64,000 nt of DNA from Pseudomonadota bacterium (lineage in GTDB: Bacteria; Pseudomonadota; Gammaproteobacteria; Steroidobacterales; MnTg04): the NCBI GenBank assembly GCA_022572885.1, contig JACZVC010000002.1:63135-127134 (forward strand), given 5' to 3'. The notes under the pieces are model-generated. The model ran no database searches. It was not told where the DNA came from and worked only from the letters and a program-made list of their open reading frames with translations. Shown piece by piece: positions 37,122 to 46,721 of the stretch; positions within the stretch are counted from its first letter, which is position 1; every line of letters starts with the position of its first letter. A program made the translations under genes and the position numbers.

Positions 37122-39350
37122 ATGGCCACCAAAAAACAATGGAAGGATCGTGATCCCGAAGCAGCGCGGGAAGCCAGTCGCTATCGCTTTCCGATACCCA
37201 GCAGGGCCTTGATCAATCAATCTCTCGAGGATGCCGGCAGACCGCTGAGCCTGCCAGAACTCCATGCCGCGCTGGGCCTGAAAGGGCAACGCGCGCGGAC
37301 CGCGCTGGCCAGGCGGATGGATGCGATGGCCCGCGACGGGCAGGTAATCAGGAACCGCAAGGGACTGTATTGCCTGACCGGCCATTTACCGGTAACCACA
37401 GGCAGAGTCCATGGCCACCCGGATGGATTCGGATTCCTGATCCCCGATAGCGAGGGTGCGCGAGATATTTTTCTGTCGGCACGAGAGATGCGCCAGGTCA
37501 TGCACGGGGATCGGGTAGCGGTCAGGGTGCGGGGCGATGACAGGCGAGGCCGGCCCGAGGGCGTGATAGTCGAAATTCTCGAACGTAAAACCAAAGAACT
37601 GGTCGGCAGGTTTCAACTTGAGCGGGGCAAGGGCTTTGTCATCCCGGACAATCACCGGTACAGCCGGTACATCTCGGTTGCGCCCAGATACCGGAAAGGC
37701 GCCCGACCCGGCCAGGTCGTCATCCTGAAGATCAGCGAACAACCGACCGCGCACGGCCCGGCGCTCGGCCAGGTGCAGAAAATCCTGGGCGAAGTCGATG
37801 ACCCCGGCATGGAAACGCTGATCGCCATCAGCGCGCATGGCTTGCCGAATGCCTGGCCCGAAGCAGTGGCAAGCGAGCTCGCCCGCTTTGGCAAGCGGGT
37901 TCCCGAGGCCGCGAAATATGATCGCTACGATTTGCGCGATACGCCCTTGCTGACCATTGACGGCGCCGATGCCAGGGACTTTGACGATGCCGTGTATTGC
38001 GAAAGGAATGGTGACGGCTGGACGATCCTGGTGGCAATCGCCGATGTTGCACACTATGTAAAACCAGGCAGCGCACTGGACCGGGAAGCGCAACAGCGCG
38101 GGACCTCGGTCTATTTTCCGCGCGAGGTTATTCCGATGCTGCCGGAAATACTCTCCAACGGCCTGTGCAGCCTCAAGCCCAAGGTCGACCGGCTGTGCCT
38201 GGTCTGCGAAATGAAACTGTCGAAACAGGGTAAGGTATTGTCGTCCGAGTTTTATCAAGCGGTAATGCAATCGGCGGCGCGGCTGACCTACAACCAGGTG
38301 GCCGACATCCTGATTCGCAAGAATGCTGCGAGCCGGAAGAAATACCAGCGCCTGTTGCAGCCCCTTTCGGCTTTGCACGATGCCTATCGCGCAATGGCCA
38401 GGGCCAGGCATCGGCGCGGCGCCCTGGAATTCGATATACCCGAGATCAAGGCGGTTTTTGCGAGCGACAAGACGCTGAAAGACCTGGTTGCCTATCCGCG
38501 CAACGACGCGCACCGGATCATCGAAGAGTGCATGATAGCCGCCAACATTGAGGCGGCCCGCTTTATACGCCGAAAACGACGGCCCTTTCTTTATCGTTCC
38601 CATGCCGGGCCCGATCGGAAAAAGATGGCCGATCTGCGGTTGTTTCTTGCCGCAGAGGGTTTGTCGCTGGGTGGCGGGAAAAAACCGACGTCGATGGACT
38701 ACAGCCGTTTGCTGGAGAAAGTGGCGACCCGGGACGATAAAAATCTGATCGAGACGGTGCTGCTGCGTTCGCTGTCCAAGGCGGTCTATGAACCCGACAA
38801 CGCAGGCCACTTCGGTCTGGCGCTGGCGGAGTATGCCCATTTCACATCGCCGATACGCCGATACCCGGATCTGCTGGTGCACCGGGCGATCAAGCACGTA
38901 CTGGCTGGCGGCGAAGCCGGGGAATTCAGCTACACAAAAAAAGAGATGGTCCTTTTGGGACTGCAATGCTCGGCGGCGGAGCAACGCGCCGACGACGCGA
39001 CGCGTCAAGCCATGGATTACCTGAAGTGCGAGTACATGCAGGATAAAATTGGCCAGGTGTTCGCGGCGGTGATATCAGGGGTAACCAATTTCGGTCTGTT
39101 CGTGCAGATTCCTGAAAAACAGATCGAGGGCCTGGTGCATGTCAGTGCGCTGCCGGTTGATTATTATGAGCACGATCCGGCCCATCACACGCTGACCGGT
39201 GAAAAAAGGCGCCTGGAATTCCGCTTGTCGGACGCGTTGCAGGTACGTGTCAGCCACGTTGATATGGACAAAAGAAAGATCGATTTTGACTTGGCAGGCG
39301 ATCCGCCACAGAGAAAATCGCGGAAGCAAAAGCGCGGGCAGAAACGATGA
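37122..39350 (+). CDS. rnr: Ribonuclease R
   Basis: RNB catalytic region (DGADARDFDDAVYCE, ...HFGLALAEYAHFTSPIRRYPDL...), a C-terminal S1 domain and a Lys-rich tail. The ATG at 37122 lies 5 nt after GGGAG. A GTG at 37116 is also possible. Confidence 0.95.
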   Translation: MATKKQWKDRDPEAAREASRYRFPIPSRALINQSLEDAGRPLSLPELHAALGLKGQRARTALARRMDAMARDGQVIRNRKGLYCLTGHLPVTTGRVHGHPDGFGFLIPDSEGARDIFLSAREMRQVMHGDRVAVRVRGDDRRGRPEGVIVEILERKTKELVGRFQLERGKGFVIPDNHRYSRYISVAPRYRKGARPGQVVILKISEQPTAHGPALGQVQKILGEVDDPGMETLIAISAHGLPNAWPEAVASELARFGKRVPEAAKYDRYDLRDTPLLTIDGADARDFDDAVYCERNGDGWTILVAIADVAHYVKPGSALDREAQQRGTSVYFPREVIPMLPEILSNGLCSLKPKVDRLCLVCEMKLSKQGKVLSSEFYQAVMQSAARLTYNQVADILIRKNAASRKKYQRLLQPLSALHDAYRAMARARHRRGALEFDIPEIKAVFASDKTLKDLVAYPRNDAHRIIEECMIAANIEAARFIRRKRRPFLYRSHAGPDRKKMADLRLFLAAEGLSLGGGKKPTSMDYSRLLEKVATRDDKNLIETVLLRSLSKAVYEPDNAGHFGLALAEYAHFTSPIRRYPDLLVHRAIKHVLAGGEAGEFSYTKKEMVLLGLQCSAAEQRADDATRQAMDYLKCEYMQDKIGQVFAAVISGVTNFGLFVQIPEKQIEGLVHVSALPVDYYEHDPAHHTLTGEKRRLEFRLSDALQVRVSHVDMDKRKIDFDLAGDPPQRKSRKQKRGQKR

Positions 39351-40084
39351 GCAAGAATTTTGTCTATGGTTTTCACGCGATCGAAACGCTGCTGAAGACG
39401 CAGCCGCAAAGCGTGGAGAGGCTTATGGTCCGTGATCGCAAAGATCGTCGCACAGGCGAAGTCGTACGACGATCGGAGGCGCTGGGCATACCGGTTGAGC
39501 GCGCGAACCCGGCAGAACTGGATCGGCTCAGTGCTAACGCGAACCACCAGGGCTTGTTGGCCTGGGTCAGGCCGCAGGCAGTGCGCAACGAGGCATTCCT
39601 CAAAGACCTGGTGCTGGCCGAAGGCAGCAAGATATTCTTGCTGGTGCTCGACGAAATCCAGGACCCGCATAATCTGGGGGCGTGCCTGAGGTCGGCGGAT
39701 GGCGCAGGCGTTTCAGCGGTGCTTACCCCTCGCCGCCGGTGTGCGGGACTGACTCCGGCGGTGCGCAAGGTCGCCAGCGGCGCGGCTGAATCAGTGCCAT
39801 TGGTTCAGGTCGGCAATCTTGCCCGCATGCTGCGCTGGCTGGCGGAGCAGGACGTGCGGATCATCGGTCTGAGCGGCGAAGGCGAGCGCAGCCTTTACGA
39901 CACTGCTTTGACGGGCCCTCTGGCGCTGGTGCTGGGTGGCGAGGGCAAAGGGCTGAGAAGGCTGACCAGGGATCACTGCGAGGCTTTGGCAGCGCTGCCG
40001 ATGCGCGGTGCCATCGATAGTCTGAATGTCTCGGTGGCTGCCGGCATCTGTCTCTACGAAGCCTTACGCCAGCGTAATGCCTGA
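39347..40084 (+). CDS. rlmB: 23S rRNA (guanosine-2'-O)-methyltransferase RlmB (SpoU family)
   Basis: ATGA overlap with rnr. SpoU motifs LLVLDEIQDPHNLGACLRSADGAG and SLNVSVAAGICLYE. Confidence 0.92.
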   Translation: MSKNFVYGFHAIETLLKTQPQSVERLMVRDRKDRRTGEVVRRSEALGIPVERANPAELDRLSANANHQGLLAWVRPQAVRNEAFLKDLVLAEGSKIFLLVLDEIQDPHNLGACLRSADGAGVSAVLTPRRRCAGLTPAVRKVASGAAESVPLVQVGNLARMLRWLAEQDVRIIGLSGEGERSLYDTALTGPLALVLGGEGKGLRRLTRDHCEALAALPMRGAIDSLNVSVAAGICLYEALRQRNA

Positions 40085-40227
40085 GACCCAAAAAGCTTGC
40101 TCAAAATCCGTAACTTGTTTAGCATTCGGCTCGCTGCGTTTGGCGCAGACACACAAGGCGTCTAAAAAACGCCGACTCCTTGCCTCACCGGAAAGCCGGG
40201 GGGCTGTTCAATCCGTAAGGAGAGTTC

Positions 40228-40830
40228 ATGAGACACTATGAAATCGTGTTTCTGGTCCACCCTGACCAGAGCGAACAAGTGCCAGCCATGCTGGAACGCT
40301 ATCGTTCGATGATCGAGTCCAGTGGCGGTGCGATTCACCGGCAGGAAGACTGGGGCAGGCGGCAGCTGGCCTATCCGATCAACAAAATCCACAAGGCGCA
40401 TTACCTGATGCTCAACATCGAGTGCGGGAAATCGACTCTCGAAGAGCTGGTGGGCGCTTTCCGTTTCAGTGATGCCGTTTTGCGCCACATGGTAGTCAAT
40501 CGAGAAGAAGCGATTTCCGAGCCTTCGTTTATGGCTGTTGCGGAAGAAGAGAGCAACGCCAGGTCGGATCGCCGGCGGCCGAAACCCGTGCAGGAAAGCA
40601 GTGACGAAAAAACCGCAGAGGCTGGGAGCGAAGCAGTCGGCGACCCCGATACTGCTGAAGAATCTGCGGCAGAGGCCAGCACTGAAGTGGCTGAGGCTGA
40701 CGAAGTTACCGTCGCCGATGATCCCGATCGCGCAGAGGAGTCTTCTGCAAAGGCCGAGAGCGACGTAGTCGCTGATGACCCCGATACTCCAGAAGAATCC
40801 GGCAAAGAGGCCTCTGCCGGGACCACTTGA
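40228..40830 (+). CDS. rpsF: 30S ribosomal protein S6 with a long acidic C-terminal extension
   Basis: [25 protein letters not shown]...[12 protein letters not shown]. The tail carries three DPD(T/R)xEES-type repeats. Confidence 0.95.
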   Translation: MRHYEIVFLVHPDQSEQVPAMLERYRSMIESSGGAIHRQEDWGRRQLAYPINKIHKAHYLMLNIECGKSTLEELVGAFRFSDAVLRHMVVNREEAISEPSFMAVAEEESNARSDRRRPKPVQESSDEKTAEAGSEAVGDPDTAEESAAEASTEVAEADEVTVADDPDRAEESSAKAESDVVADDPDTPEESGKEASAGTT

Positions 40831-40857
40831 CCGCTATCGAACTATTAAGGAACGGAC

Positions 40858-41082
40858 ATGGCAAAATTTCATCGTCGCAGAAAATTCTGCAAATTCACGG
40901 CCGATGGCGTCAAGGAAATCGATTACAAAGACCTGGTTACGCTGAAGGCTTATATCACTGAAACCGGGAAAATCGTTCCCAGTCGGATTACCGGTACCAA
41001 ATCGCATTATCAGCGACAATTGGCCACGGCAGTAAAAAGAGCGCGTTATCTGGCTTTGCTGCCGTACACCGACCGTCACTGA
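40858..41082 (+). CDS. rpsR: 30S ribosomal protein S18
   Basis: [42 protein letters not shown]...[19 protein letters not shown]. Confidence 0.97.
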   Translation: MAKFHRRRKFCKFTADGVKEIDYKDLVTLKAYITETGKIVPSRITGTKSHYQRQLATAVKRARYLALLPYTDRH

Positions 41083-41090
41083 GCGGGCAT

Positions 41091-41110
41091 CGGGCGCGCA
41101 GGCGCGCCCG
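41091..41110 (+). promoter_or_regulatory. GC-rich intercistronic hairpin after rpsR
   Basis: CGGGCGCG-cagg-CGCGCCCG is a perfect 8-bp stem with a tetraloop and no following T tract. It may be an mRNA stability or processing element. Function is unknown. Confidence 0.35.
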
Positions 41111-41117
41111 GCTATCG

Positions 41118-41993
41118 ATGCGTGACATATTGATTTGGGCGCTGGCTTTTCGCTGGCGGATAGTCCTGCTGAGCACAGCCTTGGGAGTCTTGTCCGTGAC
41201 CGCGCCGCTGGCGAGCGCTTTGCTGGTTCTGTGCGCGCTGGCGCAATCGCCAAGGCTGGCCATCCAGTTGGCGGGGATAGCCGCCGGAATTCTGGCCATA
41301 CTGGCGATAGTCAGCGGCGAGCAGGTTTGGTCGGCGCTGGCGACATTGATCGGCTGGACGCTGGTCATCGGTATGGCGGCGCTGGTCCGGCGATTCGGTT
41401 CGCTAAACCTGGCCATACAGCTGGCCAGCCTGGTCGCCTTGTTGGGTATCGTTGTCTGGGGCCTGCTGTGGACCGACCCAGGGAGCACGTTCGAACCGCT
41501 GGTTATGGGGCTGTTGCAGCAGCTGATTAGTCAGGGGAATCTGCAGGCGGATTCTACGGTGATTCGACAAATTGCCGAGCTGATGCCGGGTATTATGATC
41601 GTGTCAATACTGGCGACGTTGCTGATCAGTCTGGCAATTGGACGCTACTGGCACGGTTTGTTGACCGGGAAGCAACAATTTGCTGCGGAGTTTCGGCAGT
41701 ATCGGCTTGGCCGGATTGCCGGGTTGCTGGCAACCGCCGGTCTGGCGGCCGGTGTTCTGCTCGATGGACCCGGCGCGACCAACCTGCTGGTGGTGGCCGG
41801 GGCGGTATTTTTTGTTCAGGGTCTTGCGGTAGCGCATGCCCTGGTGAAGGAGAGCGGACTGGGATCTATGCCGCTAATGGTGCTGTACGCCGCCATGATT
41901 TTTGCAGCACAGCTGGCGATACCATTGGTATTGGCGGCCGGTCTGGTGGATAACTGGCTGGATCTGAGAGGAAAATTGATCTCACGCAATTAA
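41118..41993 (+). CDS. Polytopic inner-membrane protein (family not confidently identified; possibly DUF2232-like)
   Basis: 291 aa, highly hydrophobic. It occupies the rpsR-rplI interval, where pseudomonads also carry a membrane-protein gene. Confidence 0.6.
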   Translation: MRDILIWALAFRWRIVLLSTALGVLSVTAPLASALLVLCALAQSPRLAIQLAGIAAGILAILAIVSGEQVWSALATLIGWTLVIGMAALVRRFGSLNLAIQLASLVALLGIVVWGLLWTDPGSTFEPLVMGLLQQLISQGNLQADSTVIRQIAELMPGIMIVSILATLLISLAIGRYWHGLLTGKQQFAAEFRQYRLGRIAGLLATAGLAAGVLLDGPGATNLLVVAGAVFFVQGLAVAHALVKESGLGSMPLMVLYAAMIFAAQLAIPLVLAAGLVDNWLDLRGKLISRN

Positions 41994-42033
41994 TTACCGG
42001 CACAGGCCGGGCTATCAATCTTATGGTGAAGTG

Positions 42034-42567
42034 ATGGATTTAATACTGCTGGAAAAAGTCGAAAATCTGGGTGAAATTGGCGATCAGGTCAAGGTCAAAT
42101 CGGGTTACGGGCGCAATTACCTGTTGCCGCAGGGCAAGGCGCTGTTGGCGACAAGCGAGAACGTCAAGCGGTTGGAGGCGTTGCGCTCGGAACTGGAAGC
42201 CAAGGCCAATGCAGAGCTGGCCGAGGCCAGTACGCGGGCCGAGAAGCTGACCGGCCTGGTGGTTACGGTGGCAAGCCGGGTTGGTCCTGAAGGCAAATTG
42301 TTTGGCTCGGTCGGACCGATCGACATTGCCGAAGCGCTTGCAGAAATGGGCCATGATGTACAGCGCAGCGAAATTCGCATGCCCGATGGTGCGATTCGCG
42401 TGGCTGGCGAACACCAGGCTATGCTGCATCTGCACTCAGACGTCAATGTAGCGATCACGATTCAGGTTGCCCCGGACGAGTCCGCGGCAGTGGTCGAGGT
42501 GGACGAAGAAGAACCCGCCGATATTGCGGCGCCCAAAGCCGCGGAAGAAACCGCAACCGAGGAATAG
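42034..42567 (+). CDS. rplI: 50S ribosomal protein L9 with an acidic C-terminal extension
   Basis: MDLILLEKVENLGEIGDQVKVKSGYGRNYLLPQGKA. ATG at 42034, with a GTG at 42031 one codon upstream. Confidence 0.95.
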   Translation: MDLILLEKVENLGEIGDQVKVKSGYGRNYLLPQGKALLATSENVKRLEALRSELEAKANAELAEASTRAEKLTGLVVTVASRVGPEGKLFGSVGPIDIAEALAEMGHDVQRSEIRMPDGAIRVAGEHQAMLHLHSDVNVAITIQVAPDESAAVVEVDEEEPADIAAPKAAEETATEE

Positions 42568-42620
42568 CCAAGGATTCGGGGGCGATTTCCAGTCGCCCGG
42601 CAAGGTGATAGAGTAGGCTC

Positions 42621-44018
42621 ATGGTCGAGGCGGTTCAGTCACAATACCCGGGTATGCAAACTGCGGAAAGCCTGCGTTTGCCGCCTCATTCGGTGGAGGC
42701 AGAGCAGTCGATCCTCGGCGGCCTGATGTTGGACAACAGCGGGTGGGATCGTATCGCCGATCTCGTGCATAGTGGCGATTTTTACCGCCGCGACCATCAG
42801 TTGATTTTCGAAGCCATCGGTACGCTTTCCGAGAAAAGCGTACCCAGCGATGCGGTCACCGTTTCCGAGCACCTGGAAAAACGCAGCCAGCTCGACGATG
42901 CCGGTGGCTTGGCTTATATCGCGAGTCTTGCCAGGGACACGCCAAGCGCCGCCAATATCAAAGCTTATGCCGAAATCGTCCGTGAGCGTTCGATGCTGCG
43001 TGAGCTGATCCGGGTGGGCGGTGAAATTGCCGGCAGTGCGCACGCAAACGATGGCCGGGGTGCCGTCGATCTGGTCGATGAGGCCGAGCGCATGGTGTTC
43101 GAGATCGCCGAGCGAGGCCAGCGTGCAGGCAGCGGCTTTATCGGATTGAGGAAAATTCTGCCTGGTGTCATCGACCGCCTCGACGAACTGAGTCATTCCG
43201 ATGGCGATATCACCGGGGTGGCGACCGGGTTTCAGAAGTTTGATGCGTTGACGGCGGGGTTGCATGGCGGTGAATTGATCATCATTGCCGGCCGGCCATC
43301 GATGGGCAAAACTACGCTGGCCATGAATATCGCGGAGAATGCCGCCATTGCCGGCAAGGTCCCGACGGCGATATTCAGCATGGAAATGTCGGCGGAGCAG
43401 TTGGCATTCCGGATGATCGGCTCGATCGGGCGGGTCAATCAAAGCAACCTGCGAACCGGAAGATTCTCCGACGAAGACTGGACCCGAATAAACTCTGCTG
43501 TGGCTTTGATGTCGCAGGCCCCGATTTTTATCGATGATACACCGGCCCTCAGTCCGACGGAAATTCGTGCCCGTTCGCGCCGCCTGAAACGGGAGCATGG
43601 CCTGGGCCTGATAGTGGTGGATTACCTGCAGCTGATGGGGATTTCCGGCACCCGGGAAAACCGCGCGACCGAGATATCGGAAATCTCGCGCGCGCTAAAA
43701 GCGCTGGCAAAAGAGCTGAATGTGCCTATCGTCGCCTTGTCGCAGCTCAACAGAGGGGTTGAGCAGCGCACTGACAAGCGGCCGGTGATGTCGGATCTGA
43801 GAGAGTCGGGCGCCATCGAACAGGATGCCGATCTTATTGCGTTCATTTATCGCGAGGAAGTGTATGACCCCGAAACGCCAAGGAAAGGTGTAGCCGATAT
43901 CATCATTGCCAAGCAAAGAAACGGCCCCATTGGCGATTTTCACCTTACTTTCCTGGGCGAATACACGAGGTTCGAAAACCTCATCGCTGAGGATTATGGA
44001 CTCGGCGATTATAGGTGA
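42621..44018 (+). CDS. dnaB: Replicative DNA helicase DnaB
   Basis: PPHSVEAEQSILGGLM, Walker A GRPSMGKTTLAMNIA, and SQLNR...RESGAIEQDADL. Confidence 0.97.
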   Translation: MVEAVQSQYPGMQTAESLRLPPHSVEAEQSILGGLMLDNSGWDRIADLVHSGDFYRRDHQLIFEAIGTLSEKSVPSDAVTVSEHLEKRSQLDDAGGLAYIASLARDTPSAANIKAYAEIVRERSMLRELIRVGGEIAGSAHANDGRGAVDLVDEAERMVFEIAERGQRAGSGFIGLRKILPGVIDRLDELSHSDGDITGVATGFQKFDALTAGLHGGELIIIAGRPSMGKTTLAMNIAENAAIAGKVPTAIFSMEMSAEQLAFRMIGSIGRVNQSNLRTGRFSDEDWTRINSAVALMSQAPIFIDDTPALSPTEIRARSRRLKREHGLGLIVVDYLQLMGISGTRENRATEISEISRALKALAKELNVPIVALSQLNRGVEQRTDKRPVMSDLRESGAIEQDADLIAFIYREEVYDPETPRKGVADIIIAKQRNGPIGDFHLTFLGEYTRFENLIAEDYGLGDYR

Positions 44019-45109
44019 GCGCCGCCACGGCCCGGATCGATACCGACGCCCTTCGCCATAACCTCGGGCAAATCAGGAACCGGGCTCCAGCAAGCAAAGT
44101 CATGGCCGTGATCAAGGCCAACGCTTATGGTCACGGCATCGTGGCGATCGCGCGCGCATTGACCGATGTGGACAGCCTGGCTGTCGCGCGCATCGAGGAA
44201 GCCGTTCAGTTGCGAGTGGCCGGTATTGCTGGTCCCATCGTCGTGCTCGAAGGGGTCCGTAATGCGGACGAACTGGGGCTGGCCGGGCAACATGGGCTGC
44301 AGATAGTGGTTCATTGCCGGGAACAGATCTTGCTGATGGAGCAGAATTCCACAACTGGCGCGGATCTGTGGCTGAAACTGAATACCGGGATGAACCGGCT
44401 TGGTTTTGCCGCGGCGGATTTCAGGGAAGCCCACCGGCGACTGGTTAATTTGCCGTCGCTTGGCCGGGACCCCGGTCTGATGAGCCATTTTTCCTCGGCT
44501 GGACTTGACGAGTCAGCAACCAGCCACGATCAGCTGAAAAAGTTCCTGGAAACCACCGCGGGCCTCTCCGGGGAGCGTAGCCTGGCCAATTCGGCTGGCA
44601 TCCTGAACATTCCCGCGAGCCACCTGGAGTGGGTCAGACCGGGGCTGTCTCTTTACGGGGTATCGCCAGTCGCGGGAAAAACCGGGCACGACCTGGGCCT
44701 GAGGCCGGTGATGCGTTTTTCAACCTGGCTGCTCGCCACCAGAAATCTCGCCGCCGGCGATACGGTCGGCTATGGTTGCCGGTGGCGGGCGGCCAAGCCT
44801 ACCAGGCTGGGCATCGCGGCCTGCGGATATGGCGATGGTTATCCCTGGGCTTTGCCGGATGGTACGCCGCTGCGCGTCAATGGAATGAATGCCGGCCTGG
44901 CGGGCCGAGTGTCGATGGATTTGATCGCGATCGACCTGGGAGCGGACAGCGATGCGCGTATCGGTCACGAAGTGTTGCTCTGGGGAGAACCTGAATTGCC
45001 GGTGGAAGAAATCGCCGCGGCGGCACAGACCATACCGTACGAATTGCTTTGCCGGGTTTCCGAGCGCGTCAGCCGGGAGATCATGACCACCCAGGCGCCT
45101 ATTCGATAA
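44015..45109 (+). CDS. alr: Alanine racemase
   Basis: PLP-Lys motif VIKANAYGHG. Overlaps the dnaB stop. Conserved dnaB-alr pairing. Confidence 0.93.
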   Translation: MSAATARIDTDALRHNLGQIRNRAPASKVMAVIKANAYGHGIVAIARALTDVDSLAVARIEEAVQLRVAGIAGPIVVLEGVRNADELGLAGQHGLQIVVHCREQILLMEQNSTTGADLWLKLNTGMNRLGFAAADFREAHRRLVNLPSLGRDPGLMSHFSSAGLDESATSHDQLKKFLETTAGLSGERSLANSAGILNIPASHLEWVRPGLSLYGVSPVAGKTGHDLGLRPVMRFSTWLLATRNLAAGDTVGYGCRWRAAKPTRLGIAACGYGDGYPWALPDGTPLRVNGMNAGLAGRVSMDLIAIDLGADSDARIGHEVLLWGEPELPVEEIAAAAQTIPYELLCRVSERVSREIMTTQAPIR

Positions 45110-45854
45110 AGAATCCCATCTTTACGCCGGCCAGTTCAACAACATCATTGTCTTTCAACTGGCGAGCCTTGGGCCCGATTGACTCTTCGTTCACCTTCGG
45201 GTATCCCTTGGTTCCCGGATCCACGTTGACGATAAAGTAACCCTCGGCTCTGCGGGTAATTGCCGCCACCTGGATTCCTGGCCTGCCCAGCGTCGTCAAT
45301 GCCTTGGTCAATTCCATCTCACGGCCCGCAAACTGGCCGCTGAGAACCTGGATTCTCGCTTTTGGCAAGGCGGTGGCCGGGGCAGCTTCCGGCGCCTGAG
45401 TGCTGGCGTGATCTTCACCCGGCATCGGTATCGGCTTACCGGTAACCGGCACGGCAGCGGCGACTTCGTCCACTGCGACGTTGACATTGCGAATAACATC
45501 TTCGCTCTGCGAACTCGGATGGATGACCATGGTTTTTTCGAATTCATCCTGATCGGTTTCGCTGACATCGTCATCGCTAAACTTGAGCTGGTGGTGGCCC
45601 ACTGTGATTACATCGCTATTTTGCAACGCATGTTTCTTGATCAGCTTGCCGTTGACATAGGTTCCATTGGTGCTGTTCAGGTCTTCCAGGAACGAATCGT
45701 TGAGGATATTGATAATCAGCGAGTGATGGCCGCTGACTGCTGCGTTATCGATACGTACGTCATTATCCGGGAGACGGCCGATGGTGTACCGTTCCTTGCT
45801 CATGTTGTACTCGGCCAGTACTTGCCCGTCGAGGCTGAGAATCAAACGCGCCAT
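45099..45854 (-). CDS. FHA-domain protein (canonical N-terminal FHA + degenerate C-terminal FHA-like domain)
   Basis: The N-terminus reads YTIGRLPDNDVRIDNAAVSGHHSLI...DLNSTNGTYVNG...VITVGHHQLKF. The C-terminus reads TTLGRPGIQVAAITRRAEGYFIVN...VVELAGVKMGF without the S-x-NGT motif. The 3' end overlaps alr by 11 nt. Confidence 0.85.
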   Translation of the reverse strand: MARLILSLDGQVLAEYNMSKERYTIGRLPDNDVRIDNAAVSGHHSLIINILNDSFLEDLNSTNGTYVNGKLIKKHALQNSDVITVGHHQLKFSDDDVSETDQDEFEKTMVIHPSSQSEDVIRNVNVAVDEVAAAVPVTGKPIPMPGEDHASTQAPEAAPATALPKARIQVLSGQFAGREMELTKALTTLGRPGIQVAAITRRAEGYFIVNVDPGTKGYPKVNEESIGPKARQLKDNDVVELAGVKMGFFIE

Positions 45855-45885
45855 GTTGTCCCTCGATTCCTTCCAAAAAGGCCGG

Positions 45886-46710
45886 TCAGGATAACCATCC
45901 CTTAATTCGATCCATCATCCCCATCTTCGCGGGGAACCAATCCATTGTATGGGCGACAATTACCGATATGTTGTCCCGCCCGCCGTTGTCGTTGCTGAGT
46001 TGGACCAATTGCTTACCCACTGTGTCAAGATTAGCACTAAACGTGCTGATAGTTAAGTGAATATCTTCGTCTTCCACCATGTCGGACAGGCCATCAGAAC
46101 AGAGCACATAGTAGTCTCCGGGGAGGACTTTGGCTTCCTGCACCTCCACCTCGACCCGCGATTCGACGCCCAGCGCCCGGGTAACATAATTACGGTTGGT
46201 CGACCGCTGGGCCTCTTCCTCAGAGTAAAACCCCCGGTCAACCAGTTCCTGGAGGAGGGAGTGGTCCATGGTAATTTGCTCGAAACGCTCGTTCCTGAGC
46301 CGATAAAGCCGCGAGTCGCCCACATGAGCTATTGAGACACGATTGTCATAGAACAACGCGCTGACGATGGTTGTCCCCATGCCTTCGCACTGCGGCTGGC
46401 TCTCCGAGGTTTGGTTGATAATTTTGTTGGCGCGGGCAATCGCGTCGCGCAGAACGATCGACTGGCGCATCAGGCCCGTTTCCGAATCCACGCCGCCGCG
46501 TTCGAGAGATTCGACGCCTGCGTGCACCTGTTCCAGGATGGTTTTGACAGCGATGCCGCTGGCAACCTCGCCCGCGTTATAACCCCCCATGCCATCGGCG
46601 AGCACCAACAGGCCGATTGACATGTCGGTGCCGATTGCGTCTTCATTATGATCGCGAACCCGGCCGACATCGGTGACTGCCAAGTGCTGAATTTTTTCTT
46701 CCAGTTGCAT
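45886..46710 (-). CDS. PP2C-family Ser/Thr phosphatase
   Basis: TDVGRVRDHNED, LADGMGGYNAGEVAS, VGDSRLY, LCSDGLSD and GGRDNISVIV. The ATG at 46710 is preferred (the ORF extends to 46746). Confidence 0.9.
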   Translation of the reverse strand: MQLEEKIQHLAVTDVGRVRDHNEDAIGTDMSIGLLVLADGMGGYNAGEVASGIAVKTILEQVHAGVESLERGGVDSETGLMRQSIVLRDAIARANKIINQTSESQPQCEGMGTTIVSALFYDNRVSIAHVGDSRLYRLRNERFEQITMDHSLLQELVDRGFYSEEEAQRSTNRNYVTRALGVESRVEVEVQEAKVLPGDYYVLCSDGLSDMVEDEDIHLTISTFSANLDTVGKQLVQLSNDNGGRDNISVIVAHTMDWFPAKMGMMDRIKGWLS

Positions 46711-46721
46711 TTGTGCCAAGC

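Noticed and set aside
37386-39008. 540-aa ORF on the minus strand
   Set aside because: It is antisense to rnr (RNase R), has no recognisable motifs and shows shadow-ORF composition. The same reasoning applies to 6778-8010 (anti-hflK), 42639-43598 (anti-dnaB), 35106-36086 (anti-BNR gene), 49801-50664 (anti-radA), 53197-54084 (anti-ffh), 21394-22284 (anti-lipoprotein), 62905-63702 (anti-tdh) and 26414-27579 (anti-kinase/FGE).
40831-40857. Absence of priB between rpsF and rpsR as a possible deletion
   Set aside because: The 27-bp spacer leaves no room for a remnant. Lack of priB at this position is common outside the enterobacteria, so it is not anomalous.
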